From contig CANRGL010000002.1 of NCBI GenBank assembly GCA_947630145.1, forward strand, positions 8,437-72,436: a DNA stretch of 64,000 nucleotides, read 5' to 3'. Both the position numbers and the translations under genes were made by a program. The first letter of the stretch is position 1. Every line of letters begins with the position of its first letter. The notes under the pieces were generated by a model that worked only from the letters and a program-made list of their open reading frames with translations, did no database searches and was not told the DNA's origin. Shown piece by piece: positions 59,230-64,000 of the stretch. Source of the stretch: an uncultured Clostridia bacterium (GTDB lineage Bacteria; Bacillota; Clostridia; TANB77; CAG-465).

Positions 59230-60057
59230 TTATTTAGCTTTTTTATTATTGATTACCATATCGGCATCATATGTTTCAAATCTTTCTTCTTCTTTTTCTG
59301 TTCCAAATTTTACTTTAACCTTTTTTCTTAAAATATCAACAGAAACAACTTTAGCCTCTTCTTTTTCACCTTTTATTTTAACTGTTGCTCCTACTTTTGG
59401 TAAATATTTCAAATTTTCTTTATATGACTTTTCTTCATATTTTAAACAGCACATTAATTTCCCACAAGCACCTGATAATTTAGACATATTGATTTGCAAA
59501 CCTTGTTCTTTTGCCATTTTAATTGTTACAGGATCAAAGTCTTGAAGAAAAGTTCTGCAACAAACTTCTTTTCCACACATACCAATTGTAGGATATGCTT
59601 TTATTTCATCTCTTGGACCTACTTGTCGTAATTCAATTCTTGTTTTAAACTTTGAAGCTAGATTTTTAACTAATTCTCTAAAATCTACTCTATCTTCTGA
59701 AGAAAAATATATAGTAAGTTTTGTACCGTCTAAAGTATATTCCGAAGTCAGAACTTTCATGTCAAGATTTAATCTTATTGCTTCTTTTTTACAAAATTCT
59801 GTAACTTCTTTAGATTTCTTTTCTTTTTTCTTTAAATCTTCTATATCACTTTTTTTAGCAGGTCTAATAATTTTATCTATTTTTATATTACTATTTAATG
59901 AATTTTTATCTAATATTTTTACAACTCGTCCTATATCTTCTCCATCTTCAGTATTTACTATTACATTATCATTAATAGTAAATGAAAACTTAAGAGGATC
60001 AAAATATTGTAATTTTCCAGTTCTTCTAAACCTTACAGCTATTACTTTATCTCCCAT
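59230..60057 (-). CDS. ricT: PSP1-domain protein RicT/YaaT
   Basis: 'RFRRTGKLQYFD' N-terminus and the 'GMCGKEVCC...GACGKLMCCLKYE' Cys cluster; follows holB. Confidence 0.88.
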   Translation of the reverse strand: MGDKVIAVRFRRTGKLQYFDPLKFSFTINDNVIVNTEDGEDIGRVVKILDKNSLNSNIKIDKIIRPAKKSDIEDLKKKEKKSKEVTEFCKKEAIRLNLDMKVLTSEYTLDGTKLTIYFSSEDRVDFRELVKNLASKFKTRIELRQVGPRDEIKAYPTIGMCGKEVCCRTFLQDFDPVTIKMAKEQGLQINMSKLSGACGKLMCCLKYEEKSYKENLKYLPKVGATVKIKGEKEEAKVVSVDILRKKVKVKFGTEKEEERFETYDADMVINNKKAK

Positions 60058-60066
60058 ATTTTCTCC

Positions 60067-60900
60067 TTATATTTCATCTATTATTTTTAGTATCATATTA
60101 TCTTTAACAATATCATAATTACCATTGTTTTTTAAACGTAATATTGCTCTTTCTACAATTTTAATTGTAGAATATTTTTTTAAAATAAATAACGAATATT
60201 CTAAATATTGAACTATATCTTGATCATTAAAATCAATATTTTCAGATATATTCATAGCATCTATTACATTTCTATCCAAAATGCAAGAAATGAATTTATC
60301 TACTTTTTCAAATTCAGTGATCATATTGTTATTAATTATCTTTATTATTTTGCCTATAGAACCATCAGCATAATTTATAATCTTATCTGGTAAACTAATA
60401 TTTAAATCAGTTTTACAATAATTTATTATATCTTCTTTATCAATGCCAGAAAAATTAATTTTATTTGCTCTTGATAATATTGTAGTAAGTATATTATTTA
60501 GATTAGAACATATTAAAATAATTACTACATATTCTGGAGGTTCTTCTAAGGTCTTAAGAAGTGAATTTTGTGCTGAAATATTTAAATATTCAGCATCGTC
60601 AATTATATATACTTTATGATCACAAGTAATTGGAGCAATATATATATTATCAATAATATCATTTCTTATTTGTTCAATTAATATGTCCTTCTTGTCATCT
60701 AACTTTTTTATATATTTATAATCTGGGCATGTTTCCAAATTATCAGTATTTAATATTTGTTTTGCTATTTGTTTTGCAAATGTTAATTTACCAATTCCTT
60801 CTTTTCCATAAAAAATATAAGAATGTGATATATTATGTTCTTTTATAATATTTTTAAAATAGTTTTTTTTATCTTCATGCCCAATTATATTATCAAACAT
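60067..60900 (-). CDS. holB: DNA polymerase III delta' subunit
   Basis: 'SHSYIFYGKEGIGK' degenerate P-loop and 'SAQNSLLKTLEEPP' motif. Confidence 0.85.
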   Translation of the reverse strand: MFDNIIGHEDKKNYFKNIIKEHNISHSYIFYGKEGIGKLTFAKQIAKQILNTDNLETCPDYKYIKKLDDKKDILIEQIRNDIIDNIYIAPITCDHKVYIIDDAEYLNISAQNSLLKTLEEPPEYVVIILICSNLNNILTTILSRANKINFSGIDKEDIINYCKTDLNISLPDKIINYADGSIGKIIKIINNNMITEFEKVDKFISCILDRNVIDAMNISENIDFNDQDIVQYLEYSLFILKKYSTIKIVERAILRLKNNGNYDIVKDNMILKIIDEI

Positions 60901-60919
60901 TATATATCACCTCTAGTTT

Positions 60920-61798
60920 TTATAATTTTCCAAATTTATTAAATGGCCATACTCTAATTACAACATATCCATTTATTTTTTCTATTGGTACACATCCAAA
61001 AAATCTTGAATCTTTACTTGAAAGTCTATTATCTCCCATCATATATACTGTACCAGCAGGTACAATGATATCGTTATAATTATCTTTATTTGTTCTTTGT
61101 TCGTTTAAATATGGTTCATCTAATTTTTCATCATTTCTATATACAAAGCCATCATCACCTATTACAATGTGATCACCTGGAAGGCCAATTACTCTTTTTA
61201 CATAACTTGATTTCCCAATTCCCATAAAGTTATAAAAGAAAGAATCAATTCCAGTTTTTTCAACGTATGATGCTATATTATTTTCATTTACCTCTAAATC
61301 ATCTTCAAGAGGTGCTTCAAATGTTACTATATCTCCATATTTTAAATCTCTTCCAAAAATTGTAGGTCTTAAAATAATAAGTCTATCGTTTTCTTTAGCA
61401 GTTGGTAACATTGATACCTGTTTTACCCCTGATATAGTTCCTACAAAATAATTAATTATTAAGTATAACAAATATGCTACAACAAAACAAAGAACCCATT
61501 CTAGTATTTCCTTTATTATTGTTTTGCTACCTTTACGAACTTTTGCTTTTGTTTCATTATTTATTTCATCTGCTCTTATTTTATCATTTACATCTATATC
61601 ATCATATATAATTTCTTCTTTTTTTTCTTTCTTATCTTCTTTTTCTTCTACTTTTTTATTTTCTATTTTTTCTTCTTCTATATTTTTTTCTTGGCTTTTA
61701 TTCATTTTTTTGTTTAATTTACTTGCCTTAGTAACTTTTCCATTTTCGTCTATATCGTCAAATTCAATTTCTTTTTTATCATTTTCATTATTTTCCAT
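60920..61798 (-). CDS. lepB: Signal peptidase I with ~100-aa E/K-rich N-terminal extension
   Basis: 'VSMLPT' (catalytic Ser), 'VKRVIGLPGD' (Lys) and 'GDNRLSSKDSRFFG' boxes. Confidence 0.88.
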   Translation of the reverse strand: MENNENDKKEIEFDDIDENGKVTKASKLNKKMNKSQEKNIEEEKIENKKVEEKEDKKEKKEEIIYDDIDVNDKIRADEINNETKAKVRKGSKTIIKEILEWVLCFVVAYLLYLIINYFVGTISGVKQVSMLPTAKENDRLIILRPTIFGRDLKYGDIVTFEAPLEDDLEVNENNIASYVEKTGIDSFFYNFMGIGKSSYVKRVIGLPGDHIVIGDDGFVYRNDEKLDEPYLNEQRTNKDNYNDIIVPAGTVYMMGDNRLSSKDSRFFGCVPIEKINGYVVIRVWPFNKFGKL

Positions 61799-61927
61799 AA
61801 AAATGCTATTACTAAAATATATTAGTAATATTCCTCCTCTCCATATATCAACATAATTATTTTAACATAAATTTAAATAAAAAACAATATTTATGAGTAT
61901 AAAATAAAAAAATAAGGCTGTGTAAAA

Positions 61928-62176
61928 TCACACAACCTTAAAAAATGAACTCAACTTTTTGATTGCACCAGCATAATCACCAACATCTAGCCCGTAAGGT
62001 GCAGGTATTTTATATGATGCTATCCCATCAGTTTCATATTCATATGCCTTAAAGTGCCACCTTATAACACCTTCTATTAGAAACTTATAATAATAATATC
62101 CGTCCTGATTTTTAGTAGCTTCTAAAGAATATTTATCTTTATTAATTAATAATATTCTGTCTTCCAAAGTTGTCAT
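61928..62176 (-). CDS. Hypothetical protein (82 aa)
   Basis: Intact ORF with a GGGAG-type RBS; no family recognised. Confidence 0.45.
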   Translation of the reverse strand: MTTLEDRILLINKDKYSLEATKNQDGYYYYKFLIEGVIRWHFKAYEYETDGIASYKIPAPYGLDVGDYAGAIKKLSSFFKVV

Positions 62177-62257
62177 CTCCCTAATAATATTTATAATTGA
62201 TCGTATACTATATAATTTAAATATATTATATCATTATATATAACTTATTTCAAGAGA

Positions 62258-64000
62258 TTAATGAATATTACTTCCATTTTCTAAAAATCCTTCATTATTA
62301 TCAAGAGTTAATAATTTTACAACATCATTATCTCCTGCTGCAAGTAGCATTCCATTAGATTCTACTCCTCTAAGTTTTGCAGGTTTTAAATTAGTCACAA
62401 CAACTACTTGTTTATTTAAAAGTTCTTCCTCTTTATAGAAAGGTACTAATCCAGATACTATTGTTCTTAAATTTTCTTCTCCTACATCAACTGAAAGCTT
62501 GTATAATTTATCAGATTTTTCTATTTTGCTTACTTCTTTTATTTGTCCTACTTTAAGTTCAACTTTATCTAGCTGATCTATTGTAATAATTCCTTTAGTA
62601 TCTTCATTTTCTTCTTCATCATCTTTTTTGTCTAAGTTTTCATTCATCTTTTTAATCTCCTCTTTAATGTCTATTCTTGGAAATAAATTATCACCTTTTA
62701 TAACTTTAGTACCTTCTTTTAAAAGTCCAAATTCTTTTGCATCATCCCAATTTGTTATATCTAAATCCACTCCTATTTGTCTAAATATTTCATCTGGGAC
62801 ATCAACCATATATGGACGAAGTAAAATTCCTATAATTCTTATACATTCTACAAGATTATATAAAACTACATTAAGTCTATCTTTATCTCCCTGTTTTCCA
62901 AGTATCCATGGCATAGATAAATCAATATATTTATTTGATTTATCTATTAGTTTCCAAATTTGTGTAATTGCATCATTTATTTTTAAATCATCCATTAATT
63001 TCTCTACTTCTATAACAGTATTTTTTGCAAGAGCTATTAATTCATCATCATATTCTTCTTTTTTATTTCCTTTACATACTATTCCGTTATTATACTTTAA
63101 TACCATTGCAGTAACACGACTTACTAAATTACCAAGGTCATTAGATAAATCAGAGTTGGATTTTTCCAAAAATAACTCTTCTGAGAAATTTCCATCTTGC
63201 CCTAAAGTTATTTCATGAAGTAAAAAATATCTTAAAGCATCCCTTGAAGTAGCATTTATATATATTCTAGGATCTTTGTAATTACCAAATGATTTTGAAA
63301 TTTTATTTCCATCTACTACAAGCCAACCATGTCCATATATTTTTTTAGGAAGTGGTAAATTAAGTGCCATAAGTAATGCCGGCCAAATCATAGCATGAAA
63401 TCTAAAAATTTCTTTACCAACAAGATGTAAATCTGCTGGCCAATATTTATTCATATTTAAGTCATTTTCACTTAAATAGCCAAGTCCAGAAATATAGTTT
63501 GAAAGAGCATCAATCCATACATAAACAGTATGCTTTTTATCAAAAGGTACTTCTATTGCCCATTTAACTCCCGTTCTTGAAACGCAAAGATCTTCTATGC
63601 CTTTTTTAAAGAAATTATTTATAAGCTCATTTTTTCTAGATATTGGCTCTAAGAACTCTGGGTTTTCCTCAAAATATTTAATAAGCCTATCTTGATATTT
63701 TGAAAGTCTAAAAAAGTAACTTTCTTCTTTTACTAATTCTACTTCTCTACCACAATCTGGACATTTTCCATCTACAAGTTGTGTTTCAGTCCAAAAAGAT
63801 TCACATGGAGTACAATATAGTCCTTCATATTCTGATTTATAAATATCTCCACTATTATATAATTTTTCAAAAATTTTTTGTACACATTCTACATGCTCTT
63901 TATCAGTAGTTCGAATATACTTATCATAAGTAATTCCTAAGTCTTCCCATAATTTCTTTGTATCACTTACTATATCATTAACATACTCTTTTGGAGTTAT
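62258..64000 (-). CDS. metG: Methionyl-tRNA synthetase (5' end beyond the window)
   Basis: The frame stays open upstream of the listed Met (...HTVYVWIDALSNYISGLGY...KYWPADLHLVGKEIFRFH). 'KISKSFGN' KMSKS variant; C-terminal Trbp111-like tRNA-binding domain. Confidence 0.93.
   Translation of the reverse strand: MTPKEYVNDIVSDTKKLWEDLGITYDKYIRTTDKEHVECVQKIFEKLYNSGDIYKSEYEGLYCTPCESFWTETQLVDGKCPDCGREVELVKEESYFFRLSKYQDRLIKYFEENPEFLEPISRKNELINNFFKKGIEDLCVSRTGVKWAIEVPFDKKHTVYVWIDALSNYISGLGYLSENDLNMNKYWPADLHLVGKEIFRFHAMIWPALLMALNLPLPKKIYGHGWLVVDGNKISKSFGNYKDPRIYINATSRDALRYFLLHEITLGQDGNFSEELFLEKSNSDLSNDLGNLVSRVTAMVLKYNNGIVCKGNKKEEYDDELIALAKNTVIEVEKLMDDLKINDAITQIWKLIDKSNKYIDLSMPWILGKQGDKDRLNVVLYNLVECIRIIGILLRPYMVDVPDEIFRQIGVDLDITNWDDAKEFGLLKEGTKVIKGDNLFPRIDIKEEIKKMNENLDKKDDEEENEDTKGIITIDQLDKVELKVGQIKEVSKIEKSDKLYKLSVDVGEENLRTIVSGLVPFYKEEELLNKQVVVVTNLKPAKLRGVESNGMLLAAGDNDVVKLLTLDNNEGFLENGSNIH

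Noticed and set aside
62628-63218. 196-aa plus-strand ORF
   Set aside because: It is antisense to the well-conserved metG, has Ser/Phe/Ile-rich composition, and resembles no known family.

Overview
Very AT-rich chromosomal segment from an endospore-forming anaerobic Firmicute (Clostridia-like). Supporting genes: sleB-ypeB, bofA, yqfC-yqfD, ricT, an [FeFe]-hydrogenase hydC-hydB-hydA cluster, a clostridial 2x[4Fe-4S] ferredoxin and an agr quorum-sensing locus. Almost all genes lie on the minus strand. Recognisable housekeeping genes include corA, rseP, cdsA, frr, topB, htrA, ruvX, ireB, cdd, dgkA, ybeY, recN, valS (with a Val T-box leader), holB, lepB and metG (runs off the window end). No rRNA, tRNA or CRISPR array was seen. 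Three accessory patches interrupt the backbone. (1) 1-3.7 kb is a decayed region with a ~550-bp duplication spaced 990 bp apart, a GC-richer foreign-looking ORF, and nonsense/frameshift remnants of a DUF4143-type ATPase. (2) ~13.1-16.9 kb is a small defence islet: a 5'-truncated ankyrin gene, then an overlapping AAA-ATPase + RloB-domain gene pair (AbiL/PARIS-like), then an IS21 IstB fragment. (3) 31196-37840 is a 6.6-kb element with imperfect terminal inverted repeats and two abutting large serine recombinases. It splits a D,D-carboxypeptidase gene exactly at its SxN motif. Its cargo is a DUF4143 ATPase, a Nudix hydrolase and a ToxN/AbiQ-like toxin preceded by a promoter, two hairpin repeats and a terminator (type III TA architecture). 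Other notable items: a ~1000-aa IleRS-derived protein lacking HIGH and KMSKS, a HydA whose H-cluster motif 1 reads TSCSSGW, a probably frameshifted agrC, and a tiny Cys-rich TM peptide overlapping a peroxiredoxin stop codon. All calls come from reading the sequence and ORF translations by eye; no database searches were run.
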